A stretch of DNA of 64,000 nucleotides from Bacillota bacterium (GCA_011048995.1 DSCS01000057.1:2541-66540); one strand, 5' to 3'. Shown: positions 18,604 through 29,118, counted from the stretch's first letter. A program made the numbers and translations. The notes: generated from the sequence alone by a model not told the origin.

Positions 18604-21600
18604 TTAATGCTGACGGATCTCGTCGATCCGGGCAGCAGCACTTTTGCTGTAAATCGTATTTTTCCCTGAAACACGGATAATATGCTCATAGAGCTCAATG
18701 GCCTTTTCCATTTCACCCAGGGCTTCATAGGCCTTTCCCCCTTCAAAAAGGGCTGTGACCATCCATTGAAAATCATCATCATTGTTTACGGGAATATACT
18801 TCACCTTCATAAATTCCCGAACAGCGTCCCTGTATTGCCCTTTCCGGTAAAAACAATCTCCGATATAAAACTGGACTTCCATCTTCATATCGTCCGGGGC
18901 CTGCTCAATAAGACTTTTAAGAAGGAGAAGGGCTTCATCATATTTATTTTCATCCATGTAGGCAATAATAATATTGATCCGGGCATTATTATAAAAAGGA
19001 TGATGCGGGAAGCGGTCGATGACTTGCTGAAAAGCCACTCGGGCCTCCTCCTGTTCTCCGGCCCCTTTATGCAGTAGTCCCAGATTGTAGAGAGCTTCAG
19101 GATTCGGTTTAAAGTGATAAGATCTGCTGAAGTATTCACGGGCTTTTTCTGTATTCCCCTTTGAATAGCTCAATTGCCCCATGGAAAGATAAAGTTTCTC
19201 TTTCGGCCCAAATGCCGGATTTGCCTCTAAAAGCCCGTAGATCTCTTCTGCCTGCGGCCCTTCACCCCGGCTGAGATGTATATTTCCCAGCATAAATGCG
19301 GCTTCCAGGTTCCATTGAGTTTCAAGGGGTGTTTTGCTTCCGCCGGCTTCCTTTAAATAGTTTTCAGCTGCGGCAATATCTTTTTTCTGCAGATAATAGT
19401 ATTCTCCCAACGCCAAAGCTAATTCTTCATTATAGTCCTTGATCAGCCTGCTGTTTACCTTTTTCAGGGAAAGAGCTTCTTCAATGCGGTTTAAATGGGT
19501 CATGGCAACGATGCGCCGGCTGACAGCATAGGCATCCGATCCGGGAAAAAGCTCTAAAATATCACGCCAACGCTCCTGTTCAGCCAAGACCTGAAAGATC
19601 CTTCTTTGAATGTCTTTGTCCCTGGCCTGGCGCAAAAGCGTCATCGCCGACCCGTCTAATCCCAGCCTTAGACAAGCCAGCCCTTTTACGGCCGCCAGTT
19701 CACCTTTTTGTGCTGTGATCTGGGCACACACATCTCCGGCTGTCTCTTTACGCCCGGCCAAGATCAAGGCATCCAAATAAAGACTCATAATACGGGGATC
19801 GTTATAATACCCCGGCATCCTGTTCAGTACATTATAGATATTAAAAATCGTATCCTCATACCGGGCCTGTTTGAAATTCATCTCCGCCAGCAAAAGACTG
19901 GCTTTTACTTTCATCTCAAAGGGTCGGGTAATATTGAGAAGCAGGTTTTCCGCCTCTGCAGACCGTCCTGTTTTGTAGTAGATATCCGCTAAATAGAAAG
20001 AAATATTCGCCTCATCCTCCGGTTTTTCGCTCGGAAGTCTTTTGAAAAGCGATTCGGCCTCCCCGAAGTCCGAGCGGTAGTAGGCCTTAAGAGCAAGAGC
20101 ATAATCAGCTGTCGGAGTCCCTGATATGCTTTCAGGGAGAGCCGGATCTTTTAAAGCCGCTGTCTTATCCTCCCGGATAAGGAAATCAATGTAGGCCCGG
20201 GCTGTCGCTTCATCTGTTGAAGCCGGAAAAAGGGAGAAGGCAAAAAGAAAATCCTCTTCCTCCAGCTGATTTTCCATATCGTAGTAGACCAGGACATCCG
20301 CATAGATCTCCGGAGCCGAAGGATATTCTTTATGTCGGATGAAGAAGTCAGCGGCCTGCTTCTTTGTAGCATTGCCTGTCATCAGGGCATAGGCTCCTGC
20401 ACGCAGGGCCTTCTCATCCCGGACTCCGGCTTTCGTGTAATAGTCGTAAGCCTGCTCAAACTGTTTCATCTCATAAAAGATATCGCCTCGCTTTTTAAGA
20501 AGTTCCTTTTCAGGAAGAGGAGAGGCCATCTGCTGCTCCAGTAAAGCATCGAGAGCCGCAAGCCCCTTTTCTGTATCCGTCATGATATAGTGTTCCAGGT
20601 AGCGGATCCGTTTTGCAGCACGGTCGGATAACAATGAAAAGGGAAAACGTTCCTGGATCGTCTGATAAGTATAAACAGCCCGGTCATGCCGTTTTATCTT
20701 TTCATAGCAATACCCCGTCTCATAAAGGGATTTGTCACCGTAGCCTTCGGCATTGAAGCTGTTGCGCTCATAAGCGGCAATGGCCCGCTCATAGTCCTTC
20801 ATTTCATAGGCATAGAGATGCCCTACACGGTAAACCAGCCAGGGGACTTCCGGGTCTCCGGGGTATGCGCTGACATAGTCCAATAAAGCGTGGACGGCAT
20901 AAGCATAAAAGTTCCCTCTTTCGAAGGATTCCGCCTGTTCCAGAAAAACTCGTTTGACATCAGCGTCCCGGCCCCGGGACTCATAATAGCCGACAAGGTC
21001 ACCGTAAAGAGAGCGGATCTTATCGGTATCCCAGCTCCCCTCGTCTTTTTTCTCCATGGATAGAGCCAATCGGATGATTTCCGGATAGAGAGGGCTTTCA
21101 GGATAGGTTTTCAGAAAATAATCGATCTCTTTTGCGGCTTCATTGATGCGTTTTAATTGGAAAAGCGCTTCAGCTTTGCCCTGCAGGGCATCATCAGCCG
21201 CAGAGCTGTTGGGGTTTTTCTCTAAAAGTGTGCTAAAGGCCGTGACCGCTTCCGCATAGGCTCCCCGCCGCATAAAGACCAAGCCTCTTCCGTATAACGC
21301 TTTTTCGTAATAAGGGCTTTGGGGATATTTGTTCATTAACGACTGGTATTCTTTTAAGGCTGTGCTGTAATCCCGCAGTCCGAAAGCGATCTCCCCTTTA
21401 TACCAAGACCATAGGCCCGGCTCCATATCCTGCTCAGAGAGTTTTTCCCAATACCCTTTTGCTTTTTCCATCTCATTCCGTTCAAAATGGTATTTTAAAA
21501 GCGAGTGATAAGCCTTCTTTAAATTGCTCCCACGCGGGTTCAGGTTAATGATCTCCTTCATAGCCTGAAGATACTTCTCTCCTTTATCCGCTGCTTTATA

Positions 21601-22035
21601 AAGATCCGCTGCAAGAAAAAGGCTTTCTGTATAAAAAGAAGCATCCCTGTAAAAGCGGCGGATCTGCTCCACGGCATCTAAAGCTTGTACGTTCATCCCG
21701 CTTTTTCTCAGTGCTGATGCGATAAAAAAGAGAATGTCCCCCATGTGGGAGCTTTTTTTGTACCGCTGAATAAAACGGTTCCCTTCGGTCAAGACCATAT
21801 TCGTCTTACCTAATTGATGATAAGAAGCGATAAGCCGTTGATAAGCGCTTTCCACCCTGCGGTCCTGAGGATTTTCATTGATAAATGTCTTGTATTCTTC
21901 CACGGCGAGATCAAAATAACCGTCCTGATAAAGTTTTTCAGCATAATCGTAACCTCCGATAACACTGAAAAGGGGCTGCACGCCCCATAAGATTAAGAGC
22001 AGGAAAAGGGCAGCATGTTTATAAAGAGGCTTCAT
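18604..22035 (-). CDS. Large secreted TPR protein (CpoB/BamD-like repeats)
   Basis: Signal peptide; many repeats of the YP.S type (KYPQSPY, TYPESPL, RFPFSLL). Confidence 0.8.
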   Translation of the reverse strand: MKPLYKHAALFLLLILWGVQPLFSVIGGYDYAEKLYQDGYFDLAVEEYKTFINENPQDRRVESAYQRLIASYHQLGKTNMVLTEGNRFIQRYKKSSHMGDILFFIASALRKSGMNVQALDAVEQIRRFYRDASFYTESLFLAADLYKAADKGEKYLQAMKEIINLNPRGSNLKKAYHSLLKYHFERNEMEKAKGYWEKLSEQDMEPGLWSWYKGEIAFGLRDYSTALKEYQSLMNKYPQSPYYEKALYGRGLVFMRRGAYAEAVTAFSTLLEKNPNSSAADDALQGKAEALFQLKRINEAAKEIDYFLKTYPESPLYPEIIRLALSMEKKDEGSWDTDKIRSLYGDLVGYYESRGRDADVKRVFLEQAESFERGNFYAYAVHALLDYVSAYPGDPEVPWLVYRVGHLYAYEMKDYERAIAAYERNSFNAEGYGDKSLYETGYCYEKIKRHDRAVYTYQTIQERFPFSLLSDRAAKRIRYLEHYIMTDTEKGLAALDALLEQQMASPLPEKELLKKRGDIFYEMKQFEQAYDYYTKAGVRDEKALRAGAYALMTGNATKKQAADFFIRHKEYPSAPEIYADVLVYYDMENQLEEEDFLFAFSLFPASTDEATARAYIDFLIREDKTAALKDPALPESISGTPTADYALALKAYYRSDFGEAESLFKRLPSEKPEDEANISFYLADIYYKTGRSAEAENLLLNITRPFEMKVKASLLLAEMNFKQARYEDTIFNIYNVLNRMPGYYNDPRIMSLYLDALILAGRKETAGDVCAQITAQKGELAAVKGLACLRLGLDGSAMTLLRQARDKDIQRRIFQVLAEQERWRDILELFPGSDAYAVSRRIVAMTHLNRIEEALSLKKVNSRLIKDYNEELALALGEYYYLQKKDIAAAENYLKEAGGSKTPLETQWNLEAAFMLGNIHLSRGEGPQAEEIYGLLEANPAFGPKEKLYLSMGQLSYSKGNTEKAREYFSRSYHFKPNPEALYNLGLLHKGAGEQEEARVAFQQVIDRFPHHPFYNNARINIIIAYMDENKYDEALLLLKSLIEQAPDDMKMEVQFYIGDCFYRKGQYRDAVREFMKVKYIPVNNDDDFQWMVTALFEGGKAYEALGEMEKAIELYEHIIRVSGKNTIYSKSAAARIDEIRQH

Positions 22036-22864
22036 TGAAGGCTCCTTTCTCTTTAGACAAAGGCGAAGTAAAGGTTATACAGGATACCGGGCAGGCCGGC
22101 AGACAATCTCCGCAGCGGATACATTCAGCCGAAGCCGGATGTTCGCTGATATTGATATCAACAGGGCAAACCTTTCTGCAGGCATCGCACGATATACAGG
22201 TATTCATATCCACATGTATTGAAAACAAGCTGAATTTATTAAAAAATCCCAGAAAAGCACCCAAAGGGCAAGCCGTGCGGCAGAAGAAACGGGGAATGAC
22301 AAGAGAAAAAGCGCTAAAAAAGAGCAAAAGCCCTAATTTCCAAAAATAAATGAATCCCAATGGGATACCTAAAGACCAGACAAGTGTAAGCCCGCCTTGC
22401 AACGTCCCGGCCGGGCAAATTAAAGTGCAGAAAGCCGGCTTCGAAAGAAGTAAGGGGAGAAGAACAACAAAGAGGAAAAGAATGACATATTTCATTTTTG
22501 TCCATATACGGGGCAATTTCAGGGATTTTTTCGTTGTTTTTTTTAAAAGATCCTGATAGAAGCCGAAAGGACAGAGATGCCCGCAGACCCATCGCCCGGC
22601 CAGGATCCCGGCACTGCCCACTATCCCCAAGACCATAAGGGAAAGATGCCGTGCATTGCTGTAGATCATGTATTGGAGGCTGCCCAAAGGGCAGGATGTC
22701 AAGGCGCCGGGGCAGGAATAGCAATTCAATACCGGAAGGCATAAGCCCTTCGCGGCTCCCTGGTAGGGATGTGCCTCAAGGAATCCTTTCAAATGAGCAT
22801 TGATTCCCAATGAAAAGAGCAGCTGATGCCAAAACCGTTTTTTTAAAAATGCAAAAAGGCCCAT
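22019..22864 (-). CDS. 4Fe-4S binding membrane protein (NapH/RdxA-like)
   Basis: CYSCP, CGHLCPFG, FCRTACPLG and two CxxCxxCxxxCP motifs. Confidence 0.88.
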   Translation of the reverse strand: MGLFAFLKKRFWHQLLFSLGINAHLKGFLEAHPYQGAAKGLCLPVLNCYSCPGALTSCPLGSLQYMIYSNARHLSLMVLGIVGSAGILAGRWVCGHLCPFGFYQDLLKKTTKKSLKLPRIWTKMKYVILFLFVVLLPLLLSKPAFCTLICPAGTLQGGLTLVWSLGIPLGFIYFWKLGLLLFFSAFSLVIPRFFCRTACPLGAFLGFFNKFSLFSIHVDMNTCISCDACRKVCPVDINISEHPASAECIRCGDCLPACPVSCITFTSPLSKEKGAFNEASL

Positions 22865-22865
22865 T

Positions 22866-23009
22866 TTATCCGATCCCTATACATCCGAAACAGATAAGGC
22901 TGCCATTATTTTTGATCAGCGCCCACTCTCCCGTAACCAGCCCTGCTGCAATAAGCAGCAGCATCATAATCAGAACGATCATGGCAAAGTACTTATTTCT
23001 TTTTTTCAT
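22866..23009 (-). CDS. CD1871A-type small CxxC membrane protein, 47 aa (not in ORF track)
   Basis: Manual translation MKKRNKYFAMIVLIMMLLLIAAGLVTGEWALIKNNGSLICFGCIGIG*; AAGGAG RBS; sits directly upstream of the 4Fe-4S gene, as is typical of this family. Confidence 0.85.
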   Translation of the reverse strand: MKKRNKYFAMIVLIMMLLLIAAGLVTGEWALIKNNGSLICFGCIGIG

Positions 23010-24210
23010 TCAAAACTCCTTCGACGATCTCCAAAGTCTGCCTGGCCGCAGCCACGTCATGAGCCCTTATAACATCAGCCCCGTTTATTAAAGACAATGT
23101 ATGGGCCGCAATAGTTCCCCACAACCGGCCTTCCGGATCTTTTCCGGTAAGCCGGCCGATAAAGGACTTCCGGGACAACCCCATGACAACAGGATATCCC
23201 AGGCTTTTAAGCTCCCTTAAACGTCTTATGATCTCAGCATTATCCTCTGTTCGTTTCCCAAACCCGATACCCGGGTCGATCAGTACGGATTCTCCCAAAA
23301 TGCCCGCCCGAAGGGCCGCGTCGCTTCGTTCCTTCAAAAAGGCGAAGATCTCTGCCATCAGGTCTTCATAGGAGGGCTCCTTTTGCATTGTTTCCGGAGT
23401 CCCCTTCATATGCATAAGAATAACGGCTGAATGAGCAGAAGCGACAGCCTCCGCCATGGACGCATCAGATGTCAGGGCAGAGACATCGTTGATCATGTCC
23501 GCTCCGGCATCCAGAGAACGACGGGCTACTTCGCTTTTTCTGGTATCCACTGAGATAAGGATCTCTGAATCCAGCCGGCGGACAAGAGTGAGAGCCCCTT
23601 CGATCCGTTCCCACTCTTCATCAGGGGAGACTTCCCGGCTTCCGGGCCTGGTCGATTCTCCTCCAATATCAATAATGCGGGCTCCTTCTTCAAGCATGGA
23701 TTCCACCCGCTTATCCAACTCCTGCTGTTCACTGTAATATCCGCCGTCATAAAAAGAATCCGGAGTCCTGTTTAATATCCCCATAATCACCGGTGAACTC
23801 AAATCAACCACTTTATCCCGGGCCCGGATCATACGGGGCGGTTCAAGAGGAGAGATCAAAGCCTCTGCAACCTCTTTTAACCCGAAGGGCTGCTCTTTCA
23901 ATTTTTCGCTTAATTTCTCCAAAGTCCGCTGTGTCCCTATGACAATGATATCGGTCTTGTCGGGGCGTCCGGAAATAGCAGAGCGTGGCAGGACACAATC
24001 AGCTCCGACACTCAGGGCATCCTGTTTGATGATATTTGCTGCTTCAATGCGGCAAGCGTCTATTTTAATCAAAAGGGTTTCTTTTTTCTGTTGAAAAATG
24101 CCCAGGGCATACGAGTCGACTCCGATACGCTTCATCTCTTTTTCAAAATCCCCGGCCGAGGGATATAAACGTCTTATCCTGTCCTTCATCTTACTCCTCT
24201 TCATGTCCAT
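22993..24210 (-). CDS. folP: Dihydropteroate synthase with N-terminal extension
   Basis: IMGILNRTPDSFYDGG, DIGGESTRPG, DPGIGFGK, SRKSF, RAHDV. Confidence 0.93.
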   Translation of the reverse strand: MDMKRSKMKDRIRRLYPSAGDFEKEMKRIGVDSYALGIFQQKKETLLIKIDACRIEAANIIKQDALSVGADCVLPRSAISGRPDKTDIIVIGTQRTLEKLSEKLKEQPFGLKEVAEALISPLEPPRMIRARDKVVDLSSPVIMGILNRTPDSFYDGGYYSEQQELDKRVESMLEEGARIIDIGGESTRPGSREVSPDEEWERIEGALTLVRRLDSEILISVDTRKSEVARRSLDAGADMINDVSALTSDASMAEAVASAHSAVILMHMKGTPETMQKEPSYEDLMAEIFAFLKERSDAALRAGILGESVLIDPGIGFGKRTEDNAEIIRRLRELKSLGYPVVMGLSRKSFIGRLTGKDPEGRLWGTIAAHTLSLINGADVIRAHDVAAARQTLEIVEGVLNEKKK

Positions 24211-24249
24211 AAAATATTTCGGGATGGCAGGGGATACAGCCCCCCCATT

Positions 24250-25989
24250 CTATCGTTCCCTCCCGGCTCTGTCAACGGAAATATCCCCTCTCTCAGCACC
24301 CAGAACTCTCACGTCAAAAGGGTCTAACAACAGAGTGTCCGGGTGATGCCCATGTGTTCCCGGATAAAGTTCATACCTATATTTCCGGCTGCCCAAAGAA
24401 GAAAGAGAGAGCCTTTGGGGTTTATCTGTGATATTAATAAAACAATAGAGGCGCGCTTTACCTTTGCCCCGGATGACCGTAAACACGGAGTCCCCCGTAT
24501 CGGGATAAACGGCCGGAGCATGAGGCGAAAAAGCCTTAAAATTCCGGCGAAAACGGAGCAGGCGGGCATAGCCGCTGAATATTTTGGATTGAAAGCCTTC
24601 CTCTCCCGCAATGATTTTGCAAACTTCCTCGAAAGACGATTTGTACCTGTTGATAGCCCGGGCCTTGCCTTTGGCCTTGACTCCCTCGTTCCAATTCTCT
24701 ATCCCAAAAAGACTGTTGACATAGACAGCGGGGATTCCCGGCAAAAAAAGCATCAGGGCCTGAGACGCCAGGAAAGCTTTCACACGCAGCTCTTCATTTT
24801 TAAGCCCGGCTGTGACGGCATCAAGAAAAGTGATGTTCAATTCATATGGACAAGGCCCCTTTTGAGGATCATCCCGGTAAGAGACGGCCCCGCCGGCTTC
24901 CTCCGTCTTTGCAACGACAGCATCCAATTCTTCTTTGCTTATGTAACCTTCCAGGGGACGTACTCCGATGCCGTCATGGGAAGCCGTAAAATTTAAAAAA
25001 GCGCATTGTCTTGTGGGAGTTTTTAAGGTCCGGGCCCAATGACGGAGTTTTGATGCGTTTTGATATAAAAAAGCATAGAACGTCAACGGGGGCAGAGGGA
25101 AATTGTAGATGACTTGAGCTTCATCCCGGCCGTTTCCAAAATAAGAAATATTCTCTTTATGCGGAACATTGGTTTCCGTCACAAGCAGGAACCCCGGAGC
25201 CCGAGCTGTTGTAAAAAGCCGAAAGAGTTTTATGATCTGATGGGTTTCATCCAGGTGAATCGAAGGCGTGCCGTGTTTTTTCCACAAAAACCCTACGGCA
25301 TCCAGCCTCAGGGCCTCGATTCCCCGATCCATGTAGAGGGCGATGATCTCCAGCATTTTCATCAAAACGCGGGGATTGGCATAGTTGAGGTCGACCTGAT
25401 CGGCGCTGAATGTCGTCCACAGCCAGACTTTTGTCCCGTCTTTTTTCATAAAAGGCGACAAAAGCGGCAGCGCCCTGGGGCGGATAACAGCACTGAGATC
25501 CGTTTGAGGATCCATTTCAATAAAAAAATCATCATACTCCCGATTGCCGGCCAAATATTCTTTCACCCAGGGACTTTGGGCAGATACATGGTTTAAGACC
25601 AGATCCCCCATAAGGCCGAGCTCGCGGCTGATCTCTTGAATATGGCCCCAAGTGCCGAGTTGGGGGTCCACTTTTTCATAATCGATAACGGCAAAACCGT
25701 CATCCGATGAATAGGGAAAAAAAGGCAGCAGATGGGCCAGAGAAAAAAGGGGCCGAAAAAAAGAAGAGGCCGCTTCCCTGAAGACCTCCAGCGGGGGCCG
25801 TCCGGGGTCATTAAGAGAGTCCGCATAGGTGATCAGCCAACAGTCCTCTGAAGTAAAGCGCCGGGTTCGCTTTTCTTTGTTTTCCCCCTCTTTGATCAGC
25901 TTCTCCATGCATAAGAGAATCTCCCTCCGGCTGCCTTCCGGATACAGGGGAGATAGAAGAGTGTCGGCCTTTTTTTTCCAGTTCATCAT
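24250..25989 (-). CDS. GH13_18 sugar phosphorylase, probably glucosylglycerate phosphorylase
   Basis: LITYAD, HLLPFFPYSSDDGF, WTTFS.DQVDLN, RLDAVG, TETN, SHDGIG, YELN. Confidence 0.85.
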   Translation of the reverse strand: MMNWKKKADTLLSPLYPEGSRREILLCMEKLIKEGENKEKRTRRFTSEDCWLITYADSLNDPGRPPLEVFREAASSFFRPLFSLAHLLPFFPYSSDDGFAVIDYEKVDPQLGTWGHIQEISRELGLMGDLVLNHVSAQSPWVKEYLAGNREYDDFFIEMDPQTDLSAVIRPRALPLLSPFMKKDGTKVWLWTTFSADQVDLNYANPRVLMKMLEIIALYMDRGIEALRLDAVGFLWKKHGTPSIHLDETHQIIKLFRLFTTARAPGFLLVTETNVPHKENISYFGNGRDEAQVIYNFPLPPLTFYAFLYQNASKLRHWARTLKTPTRQCAFLNFTASHDGIGVRPLEGYISKEELDAVVAKTEEAGGAVSYRDDPQKGPCPYELNITFLDAVTAGLKNEELRVKAFLASQALMLFLPGIPAVYVNSLFGIENWNEGVKAKGKARAINRYKSSFEEVCKIIAGEEGFQSKIFSGYARLLRFRRNFKAFSPHAPAVYPDTGDSVFTVIRGKGKARLYCFINITDKPQRLSLSSLGSRKYRYELYPGTHGHHPDTLLLDPFDVRVLGAERGDISVDRAGRER

Positions 25990-26030
25990 CTCTATTAAAC
26001 TACCTGATTTTCCCCTTTTATGCAAGGTTC

Positions 26031-26059
26031 TTGCTTTTTTTTTATTCCTTCTGTATGAT
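26031..26059 (+). promoter_or_regulatory. sigma70 promoter for sfsA, candidate leaderless
   Basis: TTGCTT-17 bp-TATGAT, then 6 nt to ATG 26066. Confidence 0.55.
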
Positions 26060-26065
26060 ATTTTT

Positions 26066-26809
26066 ATGACATGCGTATCTTCTTTCCCCCCGCTTATGAC
26101 ATTAAAAAGCCTGACTCAGGCTCGATTCCTGGACCGCCCGAACCGTTTTACCGTCATCGCCCGGATCGGCAGCGGGGACGAGACGGCTCATCTTCATGAC
26201 CCCGGACGGCTAAAAGAGCTTCTTTTCAAAGGGAACACACTGCTCCTTCGCAAAGCCTCTCCGGGGATTAAGCGTAAAACATCATGGGATGTCATTGCCG
26301 CGGCTTCAGGGAAAAAATGGGTGATCATCAATTCTTCTCTTCACCGGGCTTTAGGAATAAACCTTTTTTCCTCCGGCTACAGTCCTTTGGGGCCTCTTTT
26401 TTCCCTGAAAAGTGAAGTGAAAACAGAAAACGGGCGATTGGACTTTTATGCCCGGACACCGGCAGGTGATCTCTGGATAGAGACCAAAGGATGCACATTA
26501 TTCGTCGACAATCATGCCCTTTTCCCCGATGCCCCCACAGCACGGGGAAGCCGCCATGTTCAGGAACTGATCTCTTTTCGTCAAAAGGGATTCAGGGCGG
26601 CTCTCGTGTTTTTTATTTTTTCTTCGCAAGCATCAGATTTCGCCCCCTTTACAGAACGCGACCCTCTTTTTTCGGATATGCTTTATGAGGCGGCCGCGCA
26701 AGGAGTCGAAATCTATCCGCTCCTCATGGATTTTGACGGAACACATATCCGTTATATAGACAGCGTCTCACTGGTCCCCTTAGAAGAAAGGAGTAAATAT
26801 GAAATATAA
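26066..26809 (+). CDS. sfsA: DNA/RNA nuclease SfsA
   Basis: RPNRF, HLHDPGRLKEL, RLDF, IETKGCTL, FPDAPTARGSRH. The upstream 79 codons of the track ORF overlap the opposite gene and the promoter. Confidence 0.9.
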   Translation: MTCVSSFPPLMTLKSLTQARFLDRPNRFTVIARIGSGDETAHLHDPGRLKELLFKGNTLLLRKASPGIKRKTSWDVIAAASGKKWVIINSSLHRALGINLFSSGYSPLGPLFSLKSEVKTENGRLDFYARTPAGDLWIETKGCTLFVDNHALFPDAPTARGSRHVQELISFRQKGFRAALVFFIFSSQASDFAPFTERDPLFSDMLYEAAAQGVEIYPLLMDFDGTHIRYIDSVSLVPLEERSKYEI

Positions 26810-27767
26810 TCATTTAGGGAAAAGCGGACTGAAAGTCAGCGAGATCTCATTTGGCTCCTGGATCACTTTCGGCAAGCAGACAGATCTGGTCAGCGCCGGA
26901 AAACTGATGAAAAACGCCTTTGACCGGGGAATCAACTTTTTTGATAATGCCGAAGCCTATGCCCGGGGGCTGTCCGAATTGATCATGGGAGAGATCTTAA
27001 GGAGTTTCAGACGGGAAGACCTTGTTCTCTCCACAAAAATCTACTGGGGTGGAGAAGGCCCCAATCAAACGGGGCTCTCCCGTAAACACTTGATTGAAGG
27101 GACGAAAAACTCTTTACGGCGTCTGCAGCTGGAATATGTGGATCTGCTTTTCTGCCATCGTCCTGACCCGGAGACCCCCATTGAAGAGACTGTCCTGGCC
27201 ATGGACAGCCTTGTCCGGGGCGGCCAGGCCCTTTACTGGGGAACATCAGAATGGAGCGCATCCTCCCTGGAGGAAGCTTTTCAGATCTGTCGCGAACTGA
27301 ACTGTATTCCCCCCTCAATGGAACAGCCCCAATACAACATGCTCGTCAGAGACCGCTTTGAGAAAGAATACGCGTCGCTTTATGAAAAACACCACATCGG
27401 GACTACCACATGGAGTCCCTTAGCTTCAGGGATATTGACGGGCAAATATAACAGCGGCATCCCGTCCGAAAGCCGGCTGGCGCTCAATCCCGCCTTGCGT
27501 CAAAGCCTCGAAGATTCCGGACTGCTTTCTGAAACATCTCTGGAAAAAGTCAAAGAACTGACTGCTCTCGCAGAAGACCTGGGGGGAAGTATGGCCCAGC
27601 TGGCGATTGCATGGATTCTCAAAAACCCCCATGTCAGTACAGTCATCACAGGAGCAACATCAGAAAAACAGCTGGATGAAAACATTAATGCACTGTATCT
27701 AAAAGAAAAACTGGATAGCGATACGATGAAAACAATCGAAACTATTTTAACAAGGGAGGAATCATGA
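26799..27767 (+). CDS. Aldo/keto reductase (Kv-beta-like)
   Basis: LGKSGLKVS, FFDNAEAY, STK, HRPD, YWGTSEW, WSPLASG. Confidence 0.92.
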   Translation: MKYNHLGKSGLKVSEISFGSWITFGKQTDLVSAGKLMKNAFDRGINFFDNAEAYARGLSELIMGEILRSFRREDLVLSTKIYWGGEGPNQTGLSRKHLIEGTKNSLRRLQLEYVDLLFCHRPDPETPIEETVLAMDSLVRGGQALYWGTSEWSASSLEEAFQICRELNCIPPSMEQPQYNMLVRDRFEKEYASLYEKHHIGTTTWSPLASGILTGKYNSGIPSESRLALNPALRQSLEDSGLLSETSLEKVKELTALAEDLGGSMAQLAIAWILKNPHVSTVITGATSEKQLDENINALYLKEKLDSDTMKTIETILTREES

Positions 27768-29116
27768 AACGGATAATCACTTATTCAGCTTTTATTCTCC
27801 TCATCGCCTTAAGCGCCTGTTCAAAACAAGATCTGGCATCTGTGGGCGACCGAGTGATCACAGAGGGAGAATTGAACAGACAGATGATGAGAATGGACCC
27901 TGAAGTCCTGCAACGCCTCGGCGAAAATGAACTCAAAAAGATCCTTTTGGAGCGTATGATTGAAAATGAGCTTCTCTATCAGGATCTGCTGAATCAAAAA
28001 TATGATGCCGGCGAAGAGATCGCCGCACGTTGGGAAGAGATCAAACCGGATGTGGAGATGACCTACTTCGTCAATGAGTACATCCGTTTTGAAGCCCCTC
28101 TTTCTTCAAAAAAACTGAAGGCGGCTTATGAAGAACGCATTGATCAGTTTACGACTCCTGAAAAAGTTAAAGCCAGCCATATTCTGGTCAGCACAGGAGA
28201 AAAGAGAAGCGTGGAATCAGCCCGGGCACAAATCGAAGAGATTCAAAAAAAACGGAAGGCAAAGGAAAAAACTTTCTCAGAATTGGCTAAAGAATATTCC
28301 GAATGCCCCAGCAGCAGCCGCGGCGGTGATCTGGGATGGTTTTCCCGGGGGCAGATGGTTCCTTCCTTTGAAGAAGCAGCTTTCAGTATGAAAAAGGGAG
28401 ATATCTCAACTGAGCCGGTCCTCACCCAATTCGGACTTCATCTTATTCAAATCACGGACAGACAAGCTGAAGGAAAGATCCCCTTTAAGGAAGCTCAGTT
28501 TAAGCTGAAGGAAGATGTTTACAACACGATCCTTAAAGAAGAGTATAAAATCGCTGTCTATCCCGAAAAAGCTTCTCTGAAGCCTTCAACTGATATTGTG
28601 GGTGAAATCCAAAGCATTTCCTACAAATACACAAACGAAGCCTTCCTCAATGACCTTTCCCGATGGATGAATCAGAAGACCATGGAAATGCTTTTCAAAA
28701 ATGCCGACGCCCTCTACGGGACGATCAATGATCTGATCATCCGCAAGGCTTACCGCTCCGTGATCGATGAGAAGGCATTGCATGAAAACGAAAATTATCA
28801 TCGTTTTATGGAACAAGGGAAGCGGCAATTTTTAGTACAGAATTATCTTGAAGAGATGTTTTTTAAGGATATTAAGACTACTCCTGAAGAAATGCGCAAT
28901 TTTTATGAAAATAATCCTGAATTGATGCAAAATTTAGCCCGCCAATACGGAGAACGTTTTCTGAAAGACGCTCCTTTCAGACACTCTAAAGAAAAAGAGT
29001 TTTTCCCCTATCTGGAACAGGAGATCGTAAACACAAAGAAAGAACAGATCTATCATCAATACATCAATACGCTAAAAAATAAATATCCTGTTGAAGTCCT
29101 TGCATCATTCGACTGA
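27764..29116 (+). CDS. Parvulin-type peptidyl-prolyl isomerase lipoprotein (PrsA/SurA-like)
   Basis: Lipobox LSAC; ASHILV, GGDLGWF, MVPSFEEAAF, TQFGLHLI. Confidence 0.88.
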   Translation: MKRIITYSAFILLIALSACSKQDLASVGDRVITEGELNRQMMRMDPEVLQRLGENELKKILLERMIENELLYQDLLNQKYDAGEEIAARWEEIKPDVEMTYFVNEYIRFEAPLSSKKLKAAYEERIDQFTTPEKVKASHILVSTGEKRSVESARAQIEEIQKKRKAKEKTFSELAKEYSECPSSSRGGDLGWFSRGQMVPSFEEAAFSMKKGDISTEPVLTQFGLHLIQITDRQAEGKIPFKEAQFKLKEDVYNTILKEEYKIAVYPEKASLKPSTDIVGEIQSISYKYTNEAFLNDLSRWMNQKTMEMLFKNADALYGTINDLIIRKAYRSVIDEKALHENENYHRFMEQGKRQFLVQNYLEEMFFKDIKTTPEEMRNFYENNPELMQNLARQYGERFLKDAPFRHSKEKEFFPYLEQEIVNTKKEQIYHQYINTLKNKYPVEVLASFD

Positions 29117-29118
29117 AA

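Noticed and set aside
23800..24210. N-terminal extension on FolP
   Set aside because: Long-form FolP of this kind is already common in several anaerobic lineages.
25829..26065. N-terminal extension of the sfsA track ORF, and likewise at 45944, 39510, 6856 and 56434
   Set aside because: The extensions overlap neighbouring genes or promoters, and downstream starts fit family length and RBS or promoter position better.
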